A stretch of DNA of 51,144 nt from Bacteroidales bacterium (lineage in GTDB: Bacteria > Bacteroidota > Bacteroidia > Bacteroidales > VadinHA17): positions 1 through 51,144 of the forward strand of contig JBBRSO010000005.1 in the NCBI GenBank assembly GCA_038245405.1, in the 5' to 3' direction. How positions within the stretch are numbered: position 1 is the stretch's first letter; the number at the start of each line of letters is the position of its first letter. The position numbers were made by a program, and so were the translations under genes. Positions 35,099 through 44,461 of the stretch are shown here, one piece after another. Under the pieces are notes generated by a model. It did not search any database. It was not told where the DNA came from and worked only from the letters and a program-made list of their open reading frames with translations.

Positions 35099-35152
35099 AA
35101 ATTGATTTTCTTCGTTTACCCCGTCTTCAAGGGGAGCGACGAAAATCAATTT
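35099..35152 (-). terminator. Long hairpin between the yccF-like gene and thiL
   Basis: Arms 35099-35114 (aaattgattttcttcg) and 35137-35152 (cgacgaaaatcaattt) pair at 15 of 16 positions. There is an inner cccc/gggg stem. The hairpin lies 43 nt downstream of the yccF-like stop. A T-run follows only on the plus strand (actcttttt). Confidence 0.35.
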
Positions 35153-35194
35153 ACTCTTTTTCGGGCGGCATATTAAGCTTCAAAGGTAAATAGA

Positions 35195-35569
35195 TTATTT
35201 ACTAATGATATCTCTTCCAAAAGGTGACAATGCAATAGCTGTGAGTTTAAAATGTTGTAACCCAAATGGAATTCCGATAATCGTTATACAAAGGATTAGT
35301 CCGAAAATGGCATGAGTAATTGCAATCCAAATTCCACCTGTTAGCAGCCAGATAATATTCATAATGATATATAAACATCCTGAAGCTCTAGAATGGACAA
35401 CAGTATCGCGTCCAAAAGGCCATAATGAAAGCGATGCCATCTTCAATGTCTGCAGACCGAATGGGATTCCTACTATTGTGATCATAAGAATCAGGCTTCC
35501 GATAAAATATTCGACGGCAATGATTATTCCTCCGAATATTAGCCAGATGAGATTTCCAAGAAAATTCAT
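35195..35569 (-). CDS. YccF domain-containing inner membrane protein
   Basis: 124 aa. There is an internal duplication of the motif GNLIWLIFGG...VGIPFGLQ...PFGR, as in YccF-family proteins. Confidence 0.7.
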   Translation of the reverse strand: MNFLGNLIWLIFGGIIIAVEYFIGSLILMITIVGIPFGLQTLKMASLSLWPFGRDTVVHSRASGCLYIIMNIIWLLTGGIWIAITHAIFGLILCITIIGIPFGLQHFKLTAIALSPFGRDIISK

Positions 35570-35586
35570 ATAATCAGGTTGTTGAC

Positions 35587-37203
35587 TTATTCAAGAATAA
35601 TGTTTTTATCCTTTGGATACTTAACGGAATAAGTCAGAATTATCTGTCTCGATTCCTGTGGCTTAAGCTCAAGATCCCACTTTACCTCACCAGTCTGCTC
35701 ATTTAACCTGCCTCCCGATAATTCACTCGGATCCACAGTGATACTGCTGTTCGACGAAACAGGAACCTGATCGTTAAGAGTTATTTTGACGCTTGTTGGC
35801 TTATTGTTTCTTATTGTAAGCAAGAATGAAAAAATATCAGTCCTGTTTCCCCCCAGCACTCTGCGGGTGGTGAAATCCTTTCTTTTTTCTCTTCTGACAA
35901 GTATGCTGTTATCTGTTCCTAGAGAAATAGTCAATGTATCGGTTAACTGTTTAACGTTAAGAGTCGTCTTGCCGACAAAGGAGTTTTCGAAATACAGAGT
36001 TGCTTCACCCGTCTGCAGACTTAGTTTTGCCCAGTCGGTAATATAAGCGGCAAGATAGGCTTTGTCCGATAACTTGGGAGTTGTAACATATTTATATTCC
36101 GCAGGTGAGGTAAGTCTCTGGATCTCCACGGTCTGCAATTTCCCATCCGACGGAATAGTATATGGTACAGCAATGTCGAATGTAATCGTAGTCTCGCCAA
36201 CCTGTTTTTCTACCATTACAGGGGCGGCTTCAATCGCTTTTTCATCCTCGACTTTGCTTTCGCTCATTACTTCCATCATTGCAGGAGCTACTTTGCGTTT
36301 ATCCAAGGCTGCTTTTCCTCTGTACAATATTGGCTGAGGATTATTGAAATCAATAAACCAGGGATAAATGACAGGAATGTCACCCGCAACCCAGGGCGTT
36401 GCATTTGAAAAGCTCAGCTTAACATCGGTCCAGTCAATACCTGAATTCTGAAAAACATTTGCTTTATAGTATATCGCTACCGGATTCTTAATATCATCTA
36501 CACGAATGTCGTAGGATGGATACCAGCCGGCATTTGAGACTACATAGCTATAAGTCATTTTCCCTGATAACTGTTTTTCGGAAGACACAGTAACAAGTAT
36601 TTCGCCTGAAGGAAGCTGTTGTTTTCCAAGCTTATCGGAAATCTGCTTCTGCAGAGCTGTAATCTGTTTGCTATATTCCTTTATGAGCCTTTGCTTTTTT
36701 AATGTAGTTGTATTTATCTGTTCAATGCTGCTGGTATATAGCTCCAATACATTTTTCATCTGCTCAATTGTAAATGTTGTTTCCTTCACAAGAATTGCTC
36801 TGTTGGCAATAAGAAATGCTTCCCTTTCTTTAAGGGTACTCAGAGCGGCATTCTCATCTTCCACTTTTGTTTGCAAAACTTCAATCTGGCTTCTTATACT
36901 TTTGACCTCCGGAGAGTCTTCAAGATTCTCAATATAATTATTCTGATGATTTACCGAGAGAATAGTGAAATCGCCATATCCTTTTACCTGAATGCTCTGA
37001 ACGTCGATGTATGGCGATAATCCTGCCAGCTTGAGAATTGTTTTCCCGGGCATAATATTTACCGTGCCTTCATGGTCAACCTGGGCTCTGTCAGGAAAGA
37101 CTGTAACGTGCTTTATATCAGCCTTTATTGATTTTTCACTCTGAGCTGATATGGTAAGACATCCAGCTAAGATGAATATTGAAATTGCAAATATCTTTTT
37201 CAT
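35587..37203 (-). CDS. Exported DUF4139/DUF4140-type protein (TIGR02231-like, MuiA-family)
   Basis: 538 aa with a signal peptide (MKKIFAISIFILAGCLTISAQ), an N-terminal beta region, a central coiled-coil and a large C-terminal domain. The family assignment is from memory of this architecture only. Confidence 0.5.
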   Translation of the reverse strand: MKKIFAISIFILAGCLTISAQSEKSIKADIKHVTVFPDRAQVDHEGTVNIMPGKTILKLAGLSPYIDVQSIQVKGYGDFTILSVNHQNNYIENLEDSPEVKSIRSQIEVLQTKVEDENAALSTLKEREAFLIANRAILVKETTFTIEQMKNVLELYTSSIEQINTTTLKKQRLIKEYSKQITALQKQISDKLGKQQLPSGEILVTVSSEKQLSGKMTYSYVVSNAGWYPSYDIRVDDIKNPVAIYYKANVFQNSGIDWTDVKLSFSNATPWVAGDIPVIYPWFIDFNNPQPILYRGKAALDKRKVAPAMMEVMSESKVEDEKAIEAAPVMVEKQVGETTITFDIAVPYTIPSDGKLQTVEIQRLTSPAEYKYVTTPKLSDKAYLAAYITDWAKLSLQTGEATLYFENSFVGKTTLNVKQLTDTLTISLGTDNSILVRREKRKDFTTRRVLGGNRTDIFSFLLTIRNNKPTSVKITLNDQVPVSSNSSITVDPSELSGGRLNEQTGEVKWDLELKPQESRQIILTYSVKYPKDKNIILE

Positions 37204-37265
37204 AATATGGTTAAAATTAGCAGTTAAAGGTAAAACTTTTTCTGGAATGTTATGATGAAGTCTGT

Positions 37266-37329
37266 GGCGAAGTCTGAAGACTTCGCCGATCTTTCGTTGT
37301 GGTGCTTGTCGAAGTCTTCAGACTTCGAC
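37266..37329. repeat. Two 22-nt perfect palindromic hairpins that are near reverse-complements of each other
   Basis: ggcgaagtc-tgaa-gacttcgcc (37266-37287) and gtcgaagtc-ttca-gacttcgac (37308-37329). Each has a 9-bp stem and the loops are mutual reverse complements. Confidence 0.8.
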
Positions 37330-37435
37330 AAACTGTTACACCTTTGCGCTTAGCGCCTTTGCACCTTTATGCCGTTGCGCCTTTCTTAATATATGTTAAA
37401 TATTTCTTTTTCTCATAACGGTATCATTATTCTAT

Positions 37436-37443
37436 TACCTTTG
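37436..37443 (+). promoter_or_regulatory. Candidate Bacteroidota -7 promoter box (TACCTTTG)
   Basis: Matches TAnnTTTG, 23 nt upstream of the ATG at 37466. Confidence 0.3.
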
Positions 37444-37465
37444 CCCGGTTACTAATAAAAGTAAA

Positions 37466-38533
37466 ATGAACGGACTAAGAATTGGGAACCTTTCTATAGC
37501 AGTACCAATTATTCAGGGAGGAATGGGAGTTGGGATTTCTCTTTCAGGGCTTGCTTCCGCAGTTGCGAATGAAGGTGGTGTGGGTGTTATCTCAAGCGCA
37601 GGTCTCGGTCTTTTATATAAAGATTTTTCATCTGATTATCTCGAAGCCAGCATTTATGGCTTAAAGGAAGAAATACGTAAAGCGCGTGAAAAGACAATTG
37701 GAATTTTAGGCGTTAACGTAATGGTAGCAATGACCAATTTCACCGACATGATTAAAACAGCCATCGCCGAGAAGGTTGATTTAATTACAGCCGGTGCAGG
37801 TCTACCGCTCGATCTTCCATCTTTTTTAAAGAAAGACAGTATCACAAAACTTATACCTATAGTATCATCGGCCAGGGCTGCAAAAATACTTTGCGAAAAA
37901 TGGAAGGCAAATTATAATTACCTTCCCGATGCAATAATTGTAGAAGGACCAAAAGCCGGAGGGCATCTGGGTTTCAAGGAAGAGCAGATCTTCGACAACG
38001 ATTATAAGCTCGAGAAACTTGTCCCTGAAATTGTGGCTGAATTAAAAATATTTGAAGAAAAATACGATACAAAAATACCATTGATCGCTGCCGGAGGAAT
38101 TTATACCGGTGAAGACATTCATAAAATTCTCGAACTGGGCGCTTCAGGTGTACAGATGGGTACCCGCTTCGTAACTACAGACGAATGTGATGCATCTGCA
38201 GCCTTCAAACAAGCATATATCGATGCTGAAAGCTCTGATATAGAGATCATCAGGAGCCCGGTAGGAATGCCAGGACGAGCGATTCTCAGCAATTTCATCA
38301 CAAAAGTGCGGGAAGGTAAAAAACAACCTCAGAAGTGTCCTTTTAAATGCATCAAGACATGTGATATCTCAAAAAGCCCATATTGCATTATAATTGCATT
38401 AATAAACGCACTTAAAGGCAACTTTGAAAATGGTTACGCCTTTGCCGGTGCAAATGCTTTCAGGGCAACGAAAATTACATCCGTTAAGGAACTATTCCAA
38501 GCATTAAAAACAGAATATACAGCAAGTAAGTAG
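37466..38533 (+). CDS. Nitronate monooxygenase family (NPD/FabK-like) FMN-dependent oxidoreductase
   Basis: 355 aa. It has PIIQGGMGVGIS, GGHLG and GASGVQMGTRF motifs typical of the NMO/enoyl-ACP reductase II family. Confidence 0.7.
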   Translation: MNGLRIGNLSIAVPIIQGGMGVGISLSGLASAVANEGGVGVISSAGLGLLYKDFSSDYLEASIYGLKEEIRKAREKTIGILGVNVMVAMTNFTDMIKTAIAEKVDLITAGAGLPLDLPSFLKKDSITKLIPIVSSARAAKILCEKWKANYNYLPDAIIVEGPKAGGHLGFKEEQIFDNDYKLEKLVPEIVAELKIFEEKYDTKIPLIAAGGIYTGEDIHKILELGASGVQMGTRFVTTDECDASAAFKQAYIDAESSDIEIIRSPVGMPGRAILSNFITKVREGKKQPQKCPFKCIKTCDISKSPYCIIIALINALKGNFENGYAFAGANAFRATKITSVKELFQALKTEYTASK

Positions 38534-38643
38534 GGCAGGGGGCTGGTTGCAGGGTTCAAGGTGCTGGTGCTGGTGCTGGGTGCTTGGTGCAGGGAGCAGT
38601 GTCCCCTAGTCTCTTCGTCCCTAAGTCCCTAATTCCCTAAGTC
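38534..38643. repeat. Low-complexity tract: a G-rich block with (GGTGCT)x3, then four TCCCTAA-like 8-mers
   Basis: gggcagggggctggttgcagggttcaaggtgctggtgctggtgctggg..., then gtcccctag tctcttcg tccctaag tccctaat tccctaag. It starts directly after the stop at 38531-38533. Confidence 0.7.
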
Positions 38644-38771
38644 AATTTTCAATTCTCGTTATCCCTTTCCCCATATTTTCACTCTTATTCATTCCCCCCT
38701 CGCTTTTATTTTGTATTTTTGTGCGCTTATTTAGATTAAATATGTTTAACGGAATGGTTATTGATGAGGTT

Positions 38772-38840
38772 TAGGTTAAGGTTGAGGTTGAGGTTAAAGT
38801 TAAGCTTAAGATACTCAACCTTAGCCTCTACCTTAACCTT
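38772..38840. repeat. Imperfect ~28-bp inverted repeat of GGTTAAGG/GGTTGAGG words, 32 nt upstream of the sufB start
   Basis: The left arm 38772-38799 (taggttaaggttgaggttgaggttaaag) pairs with the right arm 38813-38840 (actcaaccttagcctctaccttaacctt). About 22 of 28 positions are Watson-Crick and two more could be G-U. The loop contains aagcttaag. Confidence 0.6.
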
Positions 38841-38871
38841 ACATATAATTTGATTTCATGACAAAAAGAAA

Positions 38872-40320
38872 ATGGAAAAAGATCAGGATAAAATATTGAA
38901 TGATGTAACTACAGGGGAATATAAATACGGGTTTTACTCCGATATCGAGATGGATAAGATCCCCAAAGGCCTTAGTGAGGAAGTGGTAAGACTAATTTCA
39001 TCTAAAAAGAATGAACCCGAGTGGCTTCTCGAATTCAGATTGAAGTCATATCGTCATTGGCTTACAATGAAGATGCCAACATGGCCGAATCTTAAAATTG
39101 CACCTATTAACTACCAGGATATTATATTTTATGCCGCCCCCAAAGAGCGGAAAAATAATGGTAGTATAGAAGATATTGATCCGGAGCTTAAAAAAACGTT
39201 TGATAAACTGGGTATTCCTCTCTCGGAGCAAAAACATCTGGCAGGCGTCGCCGTTGATGCCGTTATCGACAGTGTATCAATTAAAACAACCTTCAAGGAG
39301 ACACTTGCAGAAATGGGGATCATTTTCTGTTCTTTCAGTGATGCAGTAAAAGAATACCCCGACCTGGTAAAAAGATATATGGGCTCAGTAGTTCCTTATA
39401 CCGATAATTTCTTTGCCACTCTCAACTCAGCTGTATTCAGCGACGGGTCGTTCTGCTATATTCCAAAAGGAGTAAGATGTCCGATGGAGCTTTCTACATA
39501 TTTCAGAATCAATTCGGCAAATACAGGGCAATTTGAGAGAACACTCCTTATTGCCGATGAAGAAAGTTATGTCAGTTATCTTGAAGGGTGTACAGCACCT
39601 TCGCGCGATGAAAACCAGCTCCACGCCGCAATTGTTGAAATAGTGGCGGAGAAAAATGCTGAGGTTAAATATTCTACTGTCCAGAACTGGTACCCTGGTG
39701 ATAAAGATGGTAGAGGAGGTGTTTATAATTTTGTTACTAAACGAGGCATGTGCAAGGGTGAAAGCTCAAAGATCTCATGGACACAGATTGAAACAGGATC
39801 TGCCATCACGTGGAAATATCCTTCATGTATTCTTCGCGGTGACAATTCAACAGGCGAATTTTATTCGGTCGCTGTTACAAACCATCACCAGCAGGCTGAC
39901 ACAGGTACTAAAATGATTCATATCGGAAAAAACACAAAAAGTACAATAGTCTCAAAAGGAATCTCAGCAGGAAGAGGCCAGAACAGCTACCGTGGTCTTG
40001 TTAAAGTTCTGAGAAACGCATCAGGTGCCAGGAATTATTCTCAGTGCGATTCATTGCTTCTCGGTGATAAATGTGGTGCTCACACCTTTCCATACCTCGA
40101 GGTAGATAATTCAACGGCCATAGTGGAACATGAGGCTACCACCTCAAAAATAGGGGAGGATCAGATCTTTTACTGTAATCAGCGCGGAATCTCAACTGAA
40201 GATGCGATAGGTCTGATAGTAAACGGGTATGCTCGAGAGGTAATTAACAAGCTTCCCATGGAATTTGCAGTTGAAGCACAAAAACTTCTTCAGATTAGTC
40301 TGGAAGGTAGTGTAGGATAA
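38872..40320 (+). CDS. sufB: Fe-S cluster assembly scaffold protein SufB
   Basis: 482 aa with typical SufB sequence ([10 protein letters not shown]..., [22 protein letters not shown]) at the head of a sufBCDS operon. Confidence 0.95.
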   Translation: MEKDQDKILNDVTTGEYKYGFYSDIEMDKIPKGLSEEVVRLISSKKNEPEWLLEFRLKSYRHWLTMKMPTWPNLKIAPINYQDIIFYAAPKERKNNGSIEDIDPELKKTFDKLGIPLSEQKHLAGVAVDAVIDSVSIKTTFKETLAEMGIIFCSFSDAVKEYPDLVKRYMGSVVPYTDNFFATLNSAVFSDGSFCYIPKGVRCPMELSTYFRINSANTGQFERTLLIADEESYVSYLEGCTAPSRDENQLHAAIVEIVAEKNAEVKYSTVQNWYPGDKDGRGGVYNFVTKRGMCKGESSKISWTQIETGSAITWKYPSCILRGDNSTGEFYSVAVTNHHQQADTGTKMIHIGKNTKSTIVSKGISAGRGQNSYRGLVKVLRNASGARNYSQCDSLLLGDKCGAHTFPYLEVDNSTAIVEHEATTSKIGEDQIFYCNQRGISTEDAIGLIVNGYAREVINKLPMEFAVEAQKLLQISLEGSVG

Positions 40321-40346
40321 ACAAAACTTTAAAATAATATATTATC

Positions 40347-41108
40347 ATGCTGGTTATTAATAATTTAAAAGCATCAATTGGGGGCAAGGGTATTCTAAAG
40401 GGAATCAGTCTTAATGTTAAACCAGGGGAGATCCATGCAATAATGGGACCGAACGGTTCGGGGAAAAGCACACTGGCAGCAGTTCTTGCAGGACGTGAAT
40501 TTGTGGAAGTTACTGAAGGGACTGTAACATATCTGGGTAAAGATCTTCTTGTGATGTCACCTGAGGACAGGGCAAAAGAGGGAATATTTCTCGGGTTTCA
40601 ATATCCCATTGAAATTCCCGGAGTAAGCATGGTTAACTTCATGAAGACCGCTGTGAATGAACATCGTAAACACAAAGGACTCGGTCCACTCTCCGCATCT
40701 GATTTTCTTAAGATGATGAGAGACAAAAAGGAACTGGTTGAAATTGATTCCAAACTGGCTAACAGATCAGTAAATGAAGGATTTTCAGGTGGTGAAAAAA
40801 AGAAAAATGAAATTTTCCAGATGGCCATGCTCGAACCCTTACTCGCTATTCTTGATGAGACAGACTCTGGTCTCGATATCGATGCTTTGAGAATCGTGGC
40901 CAATGGAGTTAACAAGTTGAAGCGAAATGATAATTCATTTATCGTAATCACTCACTATCAAAGGCTTCTCGACTATATTGTACCTGATGTTGTTCATGTA
41001 CTATATGATGGAAGAATTGTAAAAACTGCCGGAAAGGAACTTGCTTTAGAGCTTGAAGAAAAAGGATATGACTGGATCAAAAAAGAGATTGAAAATACTT
41101 TAGCATGA
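40347..41108 (+). CDS. sufC: Fe-S cluster assembly ATPase SufC
   Basis: 253 aa. It has Walker A GPNGSGKST, FSGGEKKKNEI and ILDETDSGLD. Confidence 0.95.
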   Translation: MLVINNLKASIGGKGILKGISLNVKPGEIHAIMGPNGSGKSTLAAVLAGREFVEVTEGTVTYLGKDLLVMSPEDRAKEGIFLGFQYPIEIPGVSMVNFMKTAVNEHRKHKGLGPLSASDFLKMMRDKKELVEIDSKLANRSVNEGFSGGEKKKNEIFQMAMLEPLLAILDETDSGLDIDALRIVANGVNKLKRNDNSFIVITHYQRLLDYIVPDVVHVLYDGRIVKTAGKELALELEEKGYDWIKKEIENTLA

Positions 41109-42463
41109 TTGAAAAAACTGATATAACAGACAAATACATCGGTCTTTATAGAGATAATATTGATAAGATTTCCGGTATCTCGAGTCCTTTTATTAATACT
41201 TTCAGGGCTGCTGCATTTGATAAATTCAGCAATTTGGGAATTCCTACAAAAAAGAACGAAGCATATAAATACACAAATCTCAATCTCTTCTTTGATCACG
41301 ATTATGAGAACTATTTTATGCCCGTGTCAAAAGACTTTCTCGAGGCTGAGAAATTCCGTTGCGAGGTAACGGATCTCGATGCTCATGGAATAGTTTTGTT
41401 GAACGGATTTTATCCAACATTGAAGGAAAAGCTGGTACAATTGCCAAGTGGTGTTTGGATTGGGAGTCTTAATGAAGCATCAATAAAATTCCCTGAAGTA
41501 TTTCAGAAGCATTTTGGTAAATACGCACATAGCGACACTGATGGCCTGATCCATCTTAATACTGCGATGGCTTCCGATGGAGTTTTTGTTTATGTTCCGG
41601 AAGGTGTTACACTTACCCGGCCCGTTCAGGTCGTAAACCTTGTGCAATCGAACGATGATATGTTTAATCAGCACAGGAACCTTATTGTGGCTGAGAAAAA
41701 TTCAAACTTTTCGATTATAATCTGCGATCATACCCTGTCTCCTAAAAAGTTCCTGACCAATGCAGTTACTGAGGTTTATGTAGGAGAAAATGCTCATTTC
41801 GATATTATAAGGGTGCAGAATGAGCATAATAATGCGTGCAAGATTAACAGCACTTTCATACATCAGGAAAGGAAGAGCGTTACTTCTTCAAACAATATAA
41901 CACTGCACGGTGGACTGATTCGTAACAGCACTTATCATCATCTGGGTGGAGAAGGCGCTGAGAGCCATTCATACGGTTTATTTCTTGCCGATAAATGGCA
42001 GCATATAGATAATTTTGTTAATGTTGATCACGCAGCGCCACATTGTACAAGTAATCAGTTATTTAAAGGTGTGCTTGATGATATGTCTACCGGAGCATTC
42101 AATGGCAGGATACTTGTCCGTCCTGATGCTCAGGGTACCCTGGCTTATCAGAGAAACAACAATATCATCCTTACCGATGATGCAAGAATGGATACTAAGC
42201 CACAGCTGGAGATCTTTGCCGACGATGTGAAATGCAGTCATGGCGCCACAATTGGACAAATAGATGAAGATGCCTTATTCTATCTGCAGTCGCGGGGAAT
42301 TAATAAAAGAGAAGCCCGGCTGATGCTTATGTTTGGCTTCGCACATGAGGTTATTCAGAATATTAGTGTTGAACCCCTGCGTGAGAGGATGGATAATCTG
42401 GTTATGCAGAGGTTGAAAGGTGAACTTTCCAGATGTGCAAGTTGTATGGTAAGATGTGGGTAA
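41105..42463 (+). CDS. sufD: Fe-S cluster assembly protein SufD
   Basis: 452 aa. The start overlaps the sufC stop (ATGA). The C-terminal beta-helix is SufB/D-like (KPQLEIFADDVKCSHGATIGQIDEDALFYLQSRGI). Confidence 0.9.
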   Translation: MIEKTDITDKYIGLYRDNIDKISGISSPFINTFRAAAFDKFSNLGIPTKKNEAYKYTNLNLFFDHDYENYFMPVSKDFLEAEKFRCEVTDLDAHGIVLLNGFYPTLKEKLVQLPSGVWIGSLNEASIKFPEVFQKHFGKYAHSDTDGLIHLNTAMASDGVFVYVPEGVTLTRPVQVVNLVQSNDDMFNQHRNLIVAEKNSNFSIIICDHTLSPKKFLTNAVTEVYVGENAHFDIIRVQNEHNNACKINSTFIHQERKSVTSSNNITLHGGLIRNSTYHHLGGEGAESHSYGLFLADKWQHIDNFVNVDHAAPHCTSNQLFKGVLDDMSTGAFNGRILVRPDAQGTLAYQRNNNIILTDDARMDTKPQLEIFADDVKCSHGATIGQIDEDALFYLQSRGINKREARLMLMFGFAHEVIQNISVEPLRERMDNLVMQRLKGELSRCASCMVRCG

Positions 42464-42474
42464 GCTGAATTGAA

Positions 42475-43692
42475 ATGAAGGACATAGGAGAAATAAGAGC
42501 CGAATTTCCGGTGTTGCAGCGTAAGGTCTATAACAAGCCTCTCGTTTATTTCGACAACGGGGCAACCACGCAGAAACCACAGCGTGTGATAGATGCTATG
42601 GATGAAGTTTATGAATCATATAACGGCAACATACACAGGGGTGTGCATTACCTGAGCGATATGTCGTCTGAAGCGTATGAAAAGTCGCGCGAAACAGTCA
42701 GGTCCTTTATTAATGCCGGAAAACGGGAAGAAGTAATATTTACCTCCGGAACTACAGGATCGATAAACGGAATAGCTTTTTCTTTTGGTGAAAGATATAT
42801 TAAGCCGGGTGATGAACTCATTCTGAGCCAGCTTGAGCATCATGCGAATATTGTTCCCTGGCAGATGATGTGCGAAAGAAAAGGAGCAGTAATACGTGTG
42901 ATTCCAATAAACGACAAAGGGGAAGTGATCCTTGAGGAATATTATAAATTGCTTTCTCAAAAAACGAAACTTGTAGCTGTTACACAGGCTTCAAACGCAC
43001 TTGGCACCGTGCTCCCTTTAGATAAGATAATAGAAGCTGCACATCTTGTAAATGCTGCTGTACTGGTAGATGGAGCACAGGGTATCCAGCATGGGATAGT
43101 TGATGTTGATGCACTTGACGCTGATTTTTATGTCTTTTCGGGACATAAGATCTATGGACCGAATGGAATAGGCATATTATATGGTAAGGAGAAATGGCTG
43201 TCAGAGCTCGATCCTTTTCAGGGCGGAGGTGATATGGTGGATAAGGTAACCTTTGAAAAGACAACATATAACGAGCTTCCGTTTAAATTTGAAGCCGGTA
43301 CAATGAACTATCCGGCTGCTGTTGGACTGGCTGCGGCACTTGATTATGTAACGGTTACCGGAAGGGAAGATATTGCAAAAAGGGAAAAAGAACTCCTTTT
43401 ATACGCTACTTCGAGGATGCTCGGTATAAAAGATGTAAAAATATTCGGAACTTCCGAGAATAAAATTTCTACAATATCATTCCATATTAAAAATATTCAT
43501 CAGTACGACACCGGTATGATTCTTGATAAAATGGGAATTGCTGTCAGGACCGGAACGCATTGTGCCCAACCTGTGATGGACCGATACGGAATAGATGGCA
43601 CCGTTCGTGCCTCCATGTGTTTTTACAATACAAAAGAGGAAATTGACGTTCTTGCTGCTGGGATTGAAAAAGTGAAAACTATGTTTGCCTAA
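42475..43692 (+). CDS. sufS: Cysteine desulfurase SufS (class V aminotransferase, group II)
   Basis: 405 aa. It has FSGHKIYGPNGIG (PLP lysine region) and RTGTHCAQP (active-site Cys loop). Confidence 0.9.
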   Translation: MKDIGEIRAEFPVLQRKVYNKPLVYFDNGATTQKPQRVIDAMDEVYESYNGNIHRGVHYLSDMSSEAYEKSRETVRSFINAGKREEVIFTSGTTGSINGIAFSFGERYIKPGDELILSQLEHHANIVPWQMMCERKGAVIRVIPINDKGEVILEEYYKLLSQKTKLVAVTQASNALGTVLPLDKIIEAAHLVNAAVLVDGAQGIQHGIVDVDALDADFYVFSGHKIYGPNGIGILYGKEKWLSELDPFQGGGDMVDKVTFEKTTYNELPFKFEAGTMNYPAAVGLAAALDYVTVTGREDIAKREKELLLYATSRMLGIKDVKIFGTSENKISTISFHIKNIHQYDTGMILDKMGIAVRTGTHCAQPVMDRYGIDGTVRASMCFYNTKEEIDVLAAGIEKVKTMFA

Positions 43693-43695
43693 TTG

Positions 43696-44121
43696 ATGAT
43701 TATGACAATTAAGGAAGTACAGGATAATATTATTGATGAATTTTCTTTGTTCGACGACTGGATGGATAAATACAATCTTCTGATTGATATTGGAAAGGAA
43801 TTGCCGGCAATCGATCCAAGGTATAAAGTAAAGGATTTTCTTATCGAAGGCTGTCAGAGTAAGGTATGGCTCCATCCCGATTATGATGGCAATCTTATTT
43901 CTTTTACAGCCGACAGCGATGCAATAATTACAAGAGGCATTGTAGCACTTCTGATAAAAGTTTTATCAAAAAGAACACCGGAAGAGATAATATCTTCCGA
44001 TCTTTACTTCATCGATAAAATAGGATTGAGACAAAATCTCTCTCCAACGCGTTCAAATGGATTGCTTTCGATGGTTCGTCAGATGAAGCTTTATGCCATG
44101 GCTTATAGTGTAAAAAAATAA
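43696..44121 (+). CDS. sufE: Sulfur acceptor protein SufE
   Basis: ~141 aa with the SufE/CsdE motif EGCQSKVWL. The track start at 43693 is TTG. The ATG at 43696 or 43702 is more likely. Confidence 0.85.
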   Translation: MIMTIKEVQDNIIDEFSLFDDWMDKYNLLIDIGKELPAIDPRYKVKDFLIEGCQSKVWLHPDYDGNLISFTADSDAIITRGIVALLIKVLSKRTPEEIISSDLYFIDKIGLRQNLSPTRSNGLLSMVRQMKLYAMAYSVKK

Positions 44122-44129
44122 TTAACAAA

Positions 44130-44450
44130 ATGGATTCTGCAGAACAACTGGAAATTGAAACAAGAATAGGAGAAGTCCTCAGAAGTATTTATGACCCGGA
44201 AATACCGGTGAATATCTATGATCTGGGTTTAATATATGATATCAATATTGATGAAGAGCATATAGCCCACATCACAATGACACTTACCGCCCCGAACTGC
44301 CCGATGGCAGACGAGCTATTGGAAGAGGTAAAATATAAAGTAGGGGGTACGCGTGGTGTAAAAGATTGTGATCTGAAACTGACTTTCAGTCCACCATGGG
44401 ATAAAAGCATGCTCAGTGAGGAAGCAAAACTTGAACTGGGATTTCTCTAA
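44130..44450 (+). CDS. DUF59 (MIP18/SufT-like) Fe-S assembly protein
   Basis: 106 aa. It has VLRSIYDPEIPVNIYDLGLIY and TLTAPNCPMA, which are typical of the DUF59 family. Confidence 0.8.
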   Translation: MDSAEQLEIETRIGEVLRSIYDPEIPVNIYDLGLIYDINIDEEHIAHITMTLTAPNCPMADELLEEVKYKVGGTRGVKDCDLKLTFSPPWDKSMLSEEAKLELGFL

Positions 44451-44461
44451 ACTCAAATTAT

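Noticed and set aside
38534-38600. G-quadruplex potential of the G-rich block (several GGG runs)
   Set aside because: The loops between G-runs are long and irregular, up to ~23 nt. It is not a canonical G4 motif and cannot be judged without computation.
30836-43875. Minus-strand ORFs embedded in lpxD, lpxC/fabZ, lpxA, sufB-S and sufE (e.g. 30836-31294, 33142-33540, 40598-40951, 42616-42960, 43477-43875)
   Set aside because: They are antisense to strongly supported housekeeping genes and have no recognisable domains.
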